Assembly: GCA_027023305.1 (NCBI GenBank)
Contig: JALVVR010000041.1
Location: 11,029 to 75,028, forward strand
Source: Campylobacterales bacterium
GTDB lineage: Bacteria; Campylobacterota; Campylobacteria; Campylobacterales; QNZT01
DNA: 64,000 nt
Direction of reading: 5' to 3'
Each line of letters opens with the position of its first letter. The stretch's first letter is position 1. A model generated the notes under the pieces. It worked only from the letters and a program-made list of their open reading frames with translations, ran no database searches and was not told the DNA's origin. A program made the position numbers and the translations under genes. This document shows positions 30,601 through 33,500 of this stretch, in pieces.

Positions 30601-31036
30601 CAGAGAGTTCTGTATTTATTTTTTTAAATTGTTTCTCTTTTGTTTCAAGTTCTTTTTCTAAATTTTCAACTGAATCTTTAGTAGATACTGCTTGGTCAGT
30701 AGCAAGTGAATCTATCGGTGATTCTTTTACTTCATCGATTTGTGAAAGTATGGATGAGAGTTTAAGTACTTGTCCTGATGGAAGTACTATTTGGGGTGGA
30801 TTCTCTTCAAAAGCCATAACTCCCATAGAGACAAATATAAATTCACCACCATCAGGTAGTTTTACAACTATATCTCCTCCCACTACATTGAACTTAGCAT
30901 GAGATATATCTATATTAAAATGAACTTTATCACCAGGGCGAGTAAATACACTTATACTATCACCACTTTTGGGCTCATTTACAATATTTATATTTTTGTC
31001 TTCATAATTTATATATGGACTTTTGCTTACTGACAT
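6671..31036 (-). CDS. giant RTX-type calcium-binding repeat protein (8,121 aa), predicted T1SS substrate/adhesin
   Basis: One uninterrupted ORF. It has a ~433-aa unique N-terminus, then on the order of 80 modules of the form DYS..V.VDL...G.G.D.L.NIEN.IGS...D.I.G. Each module is followed by GGxGxDx[LIF]x nonapeptides. The C-terminus is an acidic non-repeat tail (...DVDVTLHVAGL). The gene is adjacent to ABC/MFP/TolC genes. Confidence 0.92.
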   Translation of the reverse strand: MSVSKSPYINYEDKNINIVNEPKSGDSISVFTRPGDKVHFNIDISHAKFNVVGGDIVVKLPDGGEFIFVSMGVMAFEENPPQIVLPSGQVLKLSSILSQIDEVKESPIDSLATDQAVSTKDSVENLEKELETKEKQFKKINTELSAKEKVIEQQEHIMEGMTSNKTDDAPKVKLLKAEEEVDPVRVQESDFTTDYTSFEDSSASKTKDNVNVSDVTALLKFDVDFFQTQKTISTRGGVTVVDGGGGSIRARHDDSGEAQMEKETIDFSSSHDNMKIVADNPDWFEGDYLSKLISINPTQPEGFAVEQIVLKDLPNGFSVVNGTQSGSDWIINKEDVENSVNGFKVTDNGLEVVLKYNGKTVHDDFSIDMELTSKFNRDNIVQDPENPKKIDEPDIKELTASKTVGIQVKDIHDANDYKYNGDEDLGFVLSREPNENIIISSHGDSTIVGGATDDTITELEGNDTITAQNGDDTIFAGNGDDTIDGGDGIDVIDFVNSTTSIDIDLLNQSSTGVGNDVIKNIENVLGSSSSDIIVGDDKVNILDGRDGDDTISGNAGDDTIRGGVGSDTLRGGVGDDLLNGGVGSDFADYSQSNSGVTLYLDDPNTNDGSGKALGEGTDKLVNIENAIGSSSDDSLIGNDISNTLIGNSGNDYFKTGSGNDSVDGGDGIDTVDYSYLDTGIEADLQSHSILGDGSDTVTNVEKIIATDTKDTIKGDQNNNIFFAGKGDDYLEGRDGNDTLRGEDGNDTISGGAGDDIIDGGLNSDMVDYSNSTNGVTVDLKNSVASGEGSDTLINIENIKGSQESDILIGDDSNNTILAQNGDDTISGGAGDDYLDGGLGNDTVNFHSLTNSVEVNLKDSIATGEGSDTLKNIENVIGSQANDSITGDSAKNILDGDLGDDYLLGLDGDDTLLGNKGKDLLDGGLGNDIIDGGEGEDTADYSSASLRVEVDLSKTDYQHTVGAGSDKLVDIENLKGSNLNDTLSGDANSNKLFGNKGNDILYGNGGDDSLYGDIGNDSLRGGSGDDYLDGGVGRDTVDFSNLNTSVDVDLSKNQALGDGTDTLVNIENISGSTTSDSLIGDDNNNSIFGNDGADTLVGNGGDDYLDGGAGIDTADFSKSQNIITANLKDGVATGDGSDKLENIENLKGSNQNDNLTGSDITNTIWGGQGDDTISGNAGIDTLYGEVGKDFLKGDDGVDILYGGVGNDRLQGGAGDDFLHGGDGLDIADYSNANSAITVELSGDASVDIGAGQGSDTFDSIEGVAGSKYYDTLRGDDGDNILEGGKGDDYLEGKLGDDTLDGGEGSDTVDYTNATGDTEIDLALTDKQDTKSEGMDTFINVENVLGSSHDDTIKGNDADNILDGGAGNDTLYGRYGDDTLRGGADNDTVNYEGATGKVVVDLSQNKAIKDGFGTKDTIEGIENIIGYNGDDTITGDSETNIIQGWKGNDLLDGGAGTDTIDGGFGNDTLLATGGDDTLDGGEGEDTVDFSSSDDIINVDLSNQTGSYKIGSDSFTAALQNIENIVGSSHDDSIKGDDSANKLYGRAGADKIDGGKGDDSIFAGVGDDILQGGLGNDYISGGNGVDTVDYSDVNTAMDINLFQGTATGEGSDTLSEIENIIATNSNDIAIGNNEANYIQGLDGNDFLEGKDGNDTLEGGKNNDTLKGGAGDDSLLGGDGEDTADFSDASSGITIDISQDATTQNTGGSGNDYISSIENLVGSDYGDVLSGNDGANTILAGSGNDEVKGGAGRDYIEGNSGDDKLLGEDGVDSLIGGSGDDTLVGGLESDYIDGGSGVDFTSYENATDSVTVDLRGETSSGADGNDKLISIENALGSTHDDTIMGSSEDNVLDGNDGNDTVSYKDVSSSVKVDLSISTQQDTVGDGKDTLKNFENLEGSNHDDTLKGDSSANIISGLKGDDTLYGRGGDDTIKGSSNSNDTAAYDDRDTAISADLSVNKVAVGTSETDTLEDINNIIGSSQDDTIIGDDSANTLIAKDGDDKLIGGVGDDFIDGGAGIDTIDFTSRTQAINANLQSQNIKVDTDGVNGFGTNDESNIVLNIENIVGSKKDDIIKGDNKNNILEGGDSLDSSNLGDDIFYASTGDDIIYGGLKTSDYGNDTVDYSSISTASNSKKLYVNLSDSTVQAKVVDNSASDFSNPDFTDTLYGIENIIGTHEGSDTIKGDNSSNILVGLGGDNIIDGNDGDDYIYGGSQDLSGTQDGTNTLYGAKGEDKIHGGNSVDNIFGGDDSDTIYGEDGNDIIDGESGVDSIFGGSGNDTIMLKGDGDIVDGGAGSHDRVDYSSLSNKIELTLEGSSQKDVKVDGITTDKVKNIEDVITGSGDDTITGDTLKNYIETGNGDDKLDGGANSDTLKAGAGDDILKGGAGEDILLGGAGSDILDGGDGIDIIDGGESIDDHDSINFSSSTDFVELNLNNIDTEGFSTAYIGGQADDKIKNIEDIKGSTHDDKIVADSDNNSIDGNVGNDTIIAERGDDTVSGGSGNDIFIAGIDSDGDAFDTDGEIEDGDDGSDVYDGGSDNDTVDYSHISKSIDVTLNGANDATVTINTYANDTVKNIENIIGSSVSDTLKGDAEDNTLDGYKGDDYLFGGAGNDELRGGEGQDTADYSSADDRIVVDLTDENNDNYQVDFDGAGGKDKLVDIEKILGSSHDDTIKGGSLADTLYGNGGKDTLVGKGGEDYLYGDDGDTTNDSDIDEVRYDYISDSSYKVAVDLSGTNIEGHNAVVYDGSNNVTNDKDFLFDIENIIGSIGDDTLTGSSDNNNIKAGNGKDILDGKEGSDNLLGEAGDDTFIAHDNDGRDVIDGGSGIDSVDYSAVTKKVEINLADDDGVSTVKVDNTDEDSLKNIENIIGGVNNDNLSGNNQKNKIEGGAGKDIIKGGEGDDTLYGNDGDDELNGDEGNDTLYGQKGSDTFISSAGNDIYDGSGDDSGDIDTVDFKDATGPITIDMQETGSQIVGGGQGSDTFIDIEKIKGSGYNDTFKSAYDQDNIFDGAGGNQDTVSYLDNLAVDDTTQDRVEVDLANNKSDIYIDGTKTATDTLTNIENTDGSKGDDRFKGDSGANAFDGKDGVDTLSYEDYTTSLDVDFETSHAKISDSDDDTFTSIEKVIGSQSDDTFKMYGGNRDVDGHSGSDTVDYSKYTTGVEVNFATNTSSESDKFANIENAIGGSGNDIFKTDTGVENRFDGNTGTDTADYSHITNSITVTLDGSNDATVTVADSQNDVIKNIENIKGSTVNDDITGDSGANELSGNAGDDIIKGEAGKDTIHGDDGVDILYGGDDDDTIYGDKGDDTLIGNKGSDTLDGGEGSDLANYTLASNKINADLNDSDGNGFQVDNDGDGSSDRLSNIEGIIGSKYDDTLKGSNSNDTLYGYKGQDYLVGNDGEDLIYGGSTDGSDTSVDTISYDYITDGSYKAVVDLTGTNIDGHNAVIYDGSAVETNDKDFISGVENVIGSAGDDTITASDVVNTIKGGAGKDVIDGKNETDNLYGEAGDDIFIAHIGDGNDIVDGGDGSDTVDYSDLDNTHNISITLADDDNTSTIKVDGSDEDTISHIENVVATAGNDYIKGNKADNMLDGQAGDDEFISTAGNDFYKGGDGVDTVDFSTSTAGISIDAAETDYQNVGGGADSDKFESIEKYIGGSYSDTFKSAENQNNIFDGGADESNETQNGGKGDTVSYEKINVNDVTKDYVNVDLTDEKSDIFKNGSKEAEDTLLKIENILGSDGNDIFKGDANANSFDGKDGTDTLVYNYVTNSDILTADFKNLTAQIGNGSDSDTFSSIEKIVGTKNDDIFKIYGGNKAIDGGSSGEDTVDYSYYNSSVKVDFSKNSSSEGDSFTSIEKAIGGDGDDTFITNTSVANNFNGNLGSDTVDYSGIDKAITVTLNGSGEATVTVADLQNDTVSNIENITGSTVSDSIAGDDNVNILDGNSGDDNIDGKAGNDTLIGGDGEDIIHGGSDHDRIYGDEKLTDESGTLSNNDTIYGESGNDTIYGGGGDDFLDGGIGNNSLYGQKGDDILKGGSNNDLIDGGSGTDTVDYSDASSGIRVSLGTEEEQNVGGGQGSDTLKSIENAIGSSYNDTFTTNHEQSNKIDAKGEESSGGDTIDYSDMTDSNDVISLDLSQTDGKGYTEVSVTKGGESKPKDYIKDIENVIGSSGKDQIKADNKDNTIQAGDGDDLLVGNGGDDNLQGGAGSDTSSYEYVTNGSVSVDIANSKVVVDSTDSDTINSIENFIGSSGDDYFKTATGNIANSFDGKDGSDTIDYSNYSDDLTIKLGKSSAQTIKSGDEDTITNIENLTTGSGDDSLFGDENNNSLLGGAGNDTFYMGGYDDSSDTLVDTNDGVDFVDGEDGTNDTINYSVISKNIDVTLNTTAQTDVVINGYDNDKIVNIENFIGGSGDDNIVGDTAINTLKGGAGSDILDGAEGNDHLEGGSGDDIIKGGAGNDYFDGGDGEDIVDYSLSSAPVTVDLGRTTSQHINSEQGDDTLINIENVKGSSHDDKFYTDITSNNKFDGNDGSDTIDYSDKLTEADDSISVDLTSLTDGYADVTVHDNDGSNTTDKLKNIENVVGTAGNDIIKGDDSDNTIKGGSGDDRLFARGGNDYLDGGDGDKDWADYSANSENNIVIDLTKETATYGAYTDTLRNIELIAGSNQTDTIIGKDSTNNTLVGNGGNDTIEAKTGTNYIYGDSLDGSGSGSDTVSYENIDEAMIVNLSSGSGKNINGDGNHVNDTLSSIENVIGTSHDDIFFSTDGVDNTIKAGEGSDLIHYSSGENNLFDGEAGVDTIDFSLKADGSTNSDKVELTLNTVNSATIKVAGSDSGDVKNVENVIGGSGDDTITGDTANNTLKGGAGNDILDGASGKDEIYGESGVDILKGGNDDDKLYGGDDNDTLYGGADNDELHGGSGDDSLKGDDGDDLLYADAGSDTLYADRGDDTLDGGDDIDEVNFSSSLSKVVVDLKDRDNDDYGTASSSDTGSDKLKNIENVVGSNLNDTITGDSLSNTLKGAEGDDTFLIKDLESTTDTLYGDGGSDMVDYHLLTSGHVEVELANSGVTTSSIKDGSNSYDDKLYDIENITGTSNKDIITGNSLVNILAGGDEADTLKGKAGDDTLEGGSGDDTLEGGSGADKIVGGAGVDLVSYDSDTTGVIVNLKTGTNSAGDAQGDVISGVENILGGSGNDKLTGNDIANTIMGGAGQDTLYGGLGNDILIATKETGQAGDGDFAGYTGQNKIKVDLLDDPNSVIVDNDNNGWDDSDEKDTLYGISNIIGSDYADEIKGSDDSNTLRGGAGADVIEGGKGSDTLEGDEGGDLFKQDKSNLDNLADNIDGGADVDTIDYSSFGDSSNSTKGGIRGELKGGTASDLVLDYDSDGDFTDSSDNKTDSVKNIENLILTQSDDSIVGSATSNFIQANSGDDTISAGEGNDTLYGGDGKDYLAGDAGDDSLRGDGGSDTIFGGTGKDIIYGGDNTDNSDLNDIEILEGGFGDDTIYGEGGQDNIKGGDGADTLDGGSGNDILEGGAGNDEIDGGDGVDTASFLSSLTDVQVDLNGGLTDQDGNGDYNAASTHHGYDHLTNIENIIGSNIGNDILKGSSGANSIYGAGGNDTIDGRDGDDTLSGGYGNDTFIVKEGDGTDTIDGGNEVDGTSGSDTVDYSAVTKTVELDLANADASATAKIDGNNEDTITHIENIIGGTAKDTLTGNIDTNIINGGDEADTIYGEDGVDTLSGDSGDDSIDGGDGNDTIIGDSGDDTLSGGIGADKIFGGDENGVDDSLNDTVSYSYVTNNANHAVINLKSKEGKVVDGSGAVVAGDSDELRDIENALGSSGDDTIIGSDTTNILEGGAGIDTLEGLKGADTLIGGSGTDTNNYADYRSENKIQVTLNTATSTSTVKVDADDTDGNEWNGANDEADTISYINNILGSDGGSDEITGNDDKNIFYGYAGDDKLDAKGGADTIYAGVGDDEITGGSGADLIYGQDGEDLIKASASDDGVDKIDGGDGNDTVDYSAITDSSNYLTINLGDSPDADGFITADLHNGDDDKIKNIENVTATAGNDNITGNASSNTLKGMDGVDSIDGKKGDDLIYGGANDSLESLLGGAGNDTIYGEAGEDTISGGDGDDTIDGGDANDIISGGAGDDKIKGGSETYSSGEGGDWVSYAGVTDSVTINLQGKFASSSTQGNDILDSIENVIGGKAGDVITDSGDQASGDKANNTIKAGAGNDTITEQDGNDKIYGEGDNDTIIAGIGDDYLDGGVGNDTVDYSQIKDFVADSEDDRDADGSGADKDSSDAYDGIEVDLTVSGSQRVHAQAGNDTLVGIENVIGSDLKDYIKGNSEDNILKGGADNDVLVGDDGKDTLYGESDDDTLFGGKGDDILDGGAGSDSVDYGYVDSAYSDADHIEADLNGDTYIKKADNSNLEHDTMTSIENYKGFDGVDIVKGTAGKNIIYGRDGDDIISSGTNEDYLYGGDGNDTFILSDNGKNTVYGGEASGDSGKDTVSYKDSGTAVTVEWNNNESKYEATTTQADELNGIEVVKGTNLADTLKGYKGTDTTISHEDSFFGGAGNDYLSGGAGEDYLDGGAGVDIILDHLGVDTLKGGGDSGDTIDFSQMDSSYHMNIDLSENSAIEVKNDDANSTFSNTIDGFNVIKATEENDTIKGSESQDTIFGGAGDDLIKATIGGDVIHGGDSTLGDTLTFAEVSDADSDNSGVIVDMGAGTASGDAGNISFDGIEHIIGTTVNDSLTGNSQNNSISGLDGVDVIDGKGGDDTLLGGSGDDTIFGGDGSDYFDAGDGINDYLSYKDIDVGDNKIVVDLSSEKIVSDGFGSTDEVAKGFENLVATKNDDTLTGNSSANTIFGENGNDLIHGNEGSDDLRGGLGDDKIYGDSGNDLISGEEGSDTLYGGDGEDFIKGGDGNDFIYGKRSDDSSSDTLKDTLWGGAGIDTVYANDGDVVNVYDGGDGSSNGDREDGDTIDLSRIGSKSIIDLSSNTLTIDGNSNSSEVYDFNIVNGSSNIDVIKGNLASDIKDTLKGNSGNDTFLASDGSDRIEGGSDEDTYDFSGLSLTSSDAGVEVIMKDSGDSTASGSGVGSSTFVEIEDIVGSNAKDTITGNSSINTILSGDGDDTIFGSDGKDYLDAGSGNNDWLSYKNVNTGSKNIVVELNNNLIKENGFDDTDLTAKGFEHIWATDNNDTITGNSLSNSILGKDGIDTIYGDGGDDYIYGGLKGDTIYGDDGDDKLHGETGGDTIYGGKGVDTIYGGGGNDYLYGGAEANTSEDGYSDTLYGNTGSDRLFVSDNKDNKTVYNGGDDEDFLDLSRVTKDSYIDLSLTSNNLSIDKQSDTSKMSDVLNIEDIYGSSHNDTIKGSDSDESFYGNGGDDLFIMSDGTDYVDGGSGSDWADISNKSDGDIKLNNHSIGQTKSYNVENIIDDDDENEGYLDDNNNTVVANGGNDTWYAKGGDDVINLGDGNDSVNGGDGSDILYGGSGSDILDYYWWMDHGLKLDTANATKVSKTYYTDVGVSTTADFYEVEDDGNGNKDYILGFESIRGSDYNDTIKVDSDINYISTNDGDDIIEAGAGDDIVYAGAGQDNVKGGSGNDHIYAEGGNDIVDDGSGDDYVDLGYGNDSLVANAGKDELHGGSDWDVIDFKNASSGINVDLSNNKILFDGFDSSNETIDGFEHLNATDNADTYKGLSGTDVVYMQGGDDTIIYSGGDDSIYGGDGSDWMDISSADVNVDTYHSHKVGDANSVYGVENFYDGDDSNSDASNIYLGSEDNIIISGGGNDTMYASGGTNIINAGSGDDNIGLWYGSDIVDGGDGIDTANNYYDSYVEVDFSDESHTKTVYTDMDKTQKSDSDYVEIKVGGTATDYVRDIEKYEGSNDSTGDTITMGHDLYYVRGYAGDDKIYGRDGGDDEIHGDGDNDTIYGYAGKDTIYGDNANDKLYGGAGDDKLYGGAGDDKLYGGAGDDLLDAGTGSDVVNGDGGNDTFVVDFSNLANISLDGGADSDSVNINGNTGTDITSDTAFGFNSNLNNIETLDFTNLTLNVGDDTSNGGSKAEYTIDGEWIHDLTDSNNDLTINLDSDDASKLEFTDKNNVKYGGDDNGTTAITNGDYTLHDSTNDVDVTLHVAGL
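7164..7244 (-). repeat. perfect 27-bp tandem repeat x3 (encodes GGAGDDKLY x3)
   Basis: tcatctcctgctcctccataaagctta occurs three times back to back (7164-7190, 7191-7217, 7218-7244). The unit is in frame (27 = 9 codons). Confidence 0.95.
7420..10670 (-). repeat. C-terminal mosaic of two distinct repeated module types (order X-X-Y-X-Y)
   Basis: Type X (D[YW]LSYK...NIVV[DE]L...GF[DG]..D....GFE[NH]L/I.AT[KD]N[DN]DT) occurs at about 10.6 and 9.6 kb. A shorter, more divergent copy (DVIDFKNASSGINVDL...GFEHLNATDNADT) lies at about 8.1 kb. Type Y (GSDW.DIS...VEN....DD...) occurs at about 8.88 and 7.90 kb. Confidence 0.7.
15662..15715 (-). repeat. perfect 27-bp tandem repeat x2 (encodes GDDTLEGGS x2)
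   Basis: gcttcctccctctagggtgtcatctcc occurs at 15662-15688 and again at 15689-15715. Confidence 0.95.
19368..23435 (-). repeat. higher-order super-repeat: two colinear ~2.0-kb (~670 aa) units inside the giant gene
   Basis: The marker module DYS(H/G)I..(I/A)(D/T)VTL(N/D)G...ATVT recurs at about 23.41, 21.42 and 19.39 kb. The about 7 modules between markers are colinear between the two units, for example YDYI(S/T)D(S/G)SYK(V/A)(A/V)VDL(S/T)GTNI(E/D)GHNAV and GGG(Q/A)(G/D)SD(T/K)F..IEK. The antisense shadow ORFs 19215..19403 and 21240..21422 are also homologous to each other. Confidence 0.8.
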
Positions 31037-31067
31037 TAGTATCCTTTGAAACTTTTCTCTATGCTCA

Positions 31068-31093
31068 ATATCGGCAATTTTTTAAATACTTTA
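31068..31093 (-). promoter_or_regulatory. sigma28 (FliA)-type promoter in front of the giant RTX gene
   Basis: The minus strand reads TAAAGTAT-N10-GCCGATAT, against the enteric consensus TAAAGTTT-N11-GCCGATAA. The -10 element ends 31 nt upstream of the ATG at 31036. AAGGA serves as the RBS. Confidence 0.55.
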
Positions 31094-31162
31094 ATTAAAT
31101 ACTATAAAAAATTTGAATTATTTTCTTTTTGCATAAAAATTACTAAATTTAGATAATTTAAT

Positions 31163-31189
31163 TAAAAAATTATTTGAATTTGTCGATAT
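31163..31189 (+). promoter_or_regulatory. sigma28-type promoter in front of the tolC-like gene
   Basis: TAAA-N15-GTCGATAT. The -10 element ends 32 nt upstream of the ATG at 31222. RBS is AAGGAA. Confidence 0.4.
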
Positions 31190-31221
31190 AAATAGATAAT
31201 AGATTAAAGTCAAGGAATTTT

Positions 31222-32847
31222 ATGGATAAATTTTTATATTCAGCAGTTGCACTCAGTGCTATATTTGCTATATCTTTACATGCTAGTAATAGTATAAGCT
31301 TAGGAGAGTTTAAAAGTTATAGTATCGCAAAAAAAATAGTAAAAAAATATCCCAATAGCCAAATTATCATGATTGAAAATAGCCATGGAGTACCTATTTA
31401 TAAAGTTTTAATAAATCCTGAGAATAAAACAATAAAAAAACAAAAAAATATAGTTTCAAAAAAAAGAATTTTTAAGATAAAAGAAACTCCAAAAGAAGAA
31501 GTTATAGATATAAATAAAAAGATAAAGCCTATTGTAAAAAAGGTTGTAAAAGATAAAAAAGTAAATATTCATGATAGTCATAGTGGCATAACTTTACATG
31601 AAGCTATACTTATAGCTTTAAAAAAATCAAATAAAATAATGGCAGCAAGAGAAAAAGTAGTACAAGCAAAAAGAGTTTTAGATGAAAAATATGGTGCTTT
31701 TAAGCCGAAAGTTGACTTTATGGCAAATAGCAATAGAATAAGAGTTAAACCAAAAGATGAAGAAAGAACTGTATATAGTAAAAATGATTATACTCTATCA
31801 CTTAAACAAAATATTTATGCTGGTGGGAAAAATATAGGTGAGTTAAAAAGAGAAAAAGCTAACCTTAAAGTTGCTGAGTCAAAGTTTAAACAAAAAGTAG
31901 AAGAGGAAACAACAAAGATTATAGATGCATACTATGCACTTATATACCAAACTAAAAGTATAAATATTACTAAAAAGAATATGAAGCTTTTAGAAAAAAT
32001 ACTAAATATAGTAAAAATCAAAGAGCAAAATGGTGCAGCTACAAAGGGTGATTTAAACTATATAAAATCCCAAATTGAAAATGCCTCAAGTGAACTTATA
32101 AAACAAAAATCTCTGTATCAAAATTCACTTTCAATGTATGAGTATTTTGTAGGCAAAGATAGTTCTTTACTACCTATTGAGGAGAAAATAGAGTATAAGA
32201 AATTTGATAAAAAAAATCTTTTAAATATCTTAAATAATAACAACTCTAAAATAGAAGTAGCTAAAGCAAAAATTGAAACTGAAAAATATAATTTATCTTC
32301 ATTAAAGTCAAAATTTAAACCTACAGTTGACTTTACTATCAGAGATAGAGGAAAGTTTACAAACTCTGATGTAGAACCATCTGAAAAAAGGACAACTGGG
32401 ATTTTAACACTAAATTATAATATATATAATGGTGATAAAGACAAATCTAAAATACTTGGTTCAAAAAGTAAAATCTTAGAGTTAAAATACAAGCTTGTTG
32501 ATTTGGAAGATAGCATGAAGTTTAACTTAAAACAAATATATGAAACTACAATATCTAGTCAAGATAGTATGCTTCATACAAAAAAAGAGGTTGATGCAAA
32601 CAAAAAAGTGATAGATTCTTACTGGAATGCTTTTAAGTATGGTTCTCAAGATATACAAGCTCTAATGCTTGCACAAAGAGCATTAAATCGTTCGGAATTA
32701 GACTTAATAAAAGAGAAACAAAAATATACTTCTAACTACTTCAATCTTTTAAAAGTTAGTGGGATATTACTTGATGAATTACATATCAATGACTTCATAG
32801 ACTCATCAAAGATGACTCAAGATGAGTCTATAAACTATTTATATTAG
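31222..32847 (+). CDS. TolC-family outer membrane factor with a ~110-aa N-terminal extension
   Basis: 541 aa. Signal peptide MDKFLYSAVALSAIFAISLHA. From about residue 120 the sequence is TolC-like: ITLHEAILIALKKSNKIMAAREKV...YGAFKPKVDF, a second repeat at KFKPTVDF, and coiled-coil heptads. The gene is divergent from the T1SS substrate gene. Confidence 0.85.
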   Translation: MDKFLYSAVALSAIFAISLHASNSISLGEFKSYSIAKKIVKKYPNSQIIMIENSHGVPIYKVLINPENKTIKKQKNIVSKKRIFKIKETPKEEVIDINKKIKPIVKKVVKDKKVNIHDSHSGITLHEAILIALKKSNKIMAAREKVVQAKRVLDEKYGAFKPKVDFMANSNRIRVKPKDEERTVYSKNDYTLSLKQNIYAGGKNIGELKREKANLKVAESKFKQKVEEETTKIIDAYYALIYQTKSINITKKNMKLLEKILNIVKIKEQNGAATKGDLNYIKSQIENASSELIKQKSLYQNSLSMYEYFVGKDSSLLPIEEKIEYKKFDKKNLLNILNNNNSKIEVAKAKIETEKYNLSSLKSKFKPTVDFTIRDRGKFTNSDVEPSEKRTTGILTLNYNIYNGDKDKSKILGSKSKILELKYKLVDLEDSMKFNLKQIYETTISSQDSMLHTKKEVDANKKVIDSYWNAFKYGSQDIQALMLAQRALNRSELDLIKEKQKYTSNYFNLLKVSGILLDELHINDFIDSSKMTQDESINYLY

Positions 32848-32855
32848 AGATAAAT

Positions 32856-33500
32856 CTACTTTATAATCGTAATCTTTACAAATCCATTTGGGTATTTTTT
32901 ATCCATATTTTTAGAGATTTTCATGACAACATTTGAAGAGTATTTTGAAACAGTATTTCTAACAGAGATTGCACGAGAGAGTGCTATCTGTTTAGCATAG
33001 GTTTTGGAAGCCATATTTGTAGCTAATCCTAAAGTAATCAAAACTTTTTTATCTTTATATTTTTTTACAAAAGATTTTAGTTTTGATTTTATACTTGATT
33101 TTAGAAAAAGCTCTTTTGTATCATAAGATATGATAAATACTCCACCTTTTATAAAAGTTTCTTGATTTATTTTTTTGGATTTATCAGATGTAACAGTTAT
33201 TGCATTTCCATCACTTTTTCCACCTTCAAACAGTGAGTCTCGTCCTGCTGTTGCCATTTTTGGCTTTTTGATTTTTGGTAAAGAAATCATGTTAGTTGAA
33301 TCAACTCCTGCTTGAAGAGAGGCAGTTGTTGATTTTACTGTTGCCTGAGAGTTACTTTTTGAGTTAAACTGCATATAATATGCAACATTTACAATCATAA
33401 CCATAACAAAAAGCAAAAGTACCAAAATCACTGATGAGAAAACATCAACAAATGGTGGCCATGGATTAAACTCTTCTTCGCATTGTTTTGCTCTAGCCAT
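32856..33500 (-). CDS. MotB/ExbD/TolR-family membrane protein with a degenerate OmpA-like C-terminal domain
   Basis: 214 aa. PWPPFVDVFSSVILVLLLFVMV has the conserved Asp at the start of a single TM helix, the plug/ion-binding Asp of ExbD/TolR/MotB. The C-terminus ...ITLGLATNMASKTYAKQIALSRAISVRNTV... echoes the OmpA_C motif N..LS..RA..V. An 8-nt overlap links it to the upstream gene. Confidence 0.65.
   Translation of the reverse strand: MARAKQCEEEFNPWPPFVDVFSSVILVLLLFVMVMIVNVAYYMQFNSKSNSQATVKSTTASLQAGVDSTNMISLPKIKKPKMATAGRDSLFEGGKSDGNAITVTSDKSKKINQETFIKGGVFIISYDTKELFLKSSIKSKLKSFVKKYKDKKVLITLGLATNMASKTYAKQIALSRAISVRNTVSKYSSNVVMKISKNMDKKYPNGFVKITIIK

Noticed and set aside
6888-30902. About 25 plus-strand ORFs of 60-165 aa inside the giant gene, for example 11824..12321, 7391..7750, 23670..23996 and 30564..30902.
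   Set aside because: They are antisense shadows of the GAT/GGT-rich repeat codons. Their translations are low-complexity S/P/L/F or H/L/Y strings with no starts or RBS of note. They are fully nested in an 8,121-codon ORF whose repeat structure is clearly under protein-level constraint.
6671-31036. Whether the regular repetition in this region could be a CRISPR array or a mobile-element repeat.
   Set aside because: The repeats are degenerate at the DNA level, have no constant repeat/unique spacer alternation, and lie in one continuous ORF. No cas genes are present in the window.
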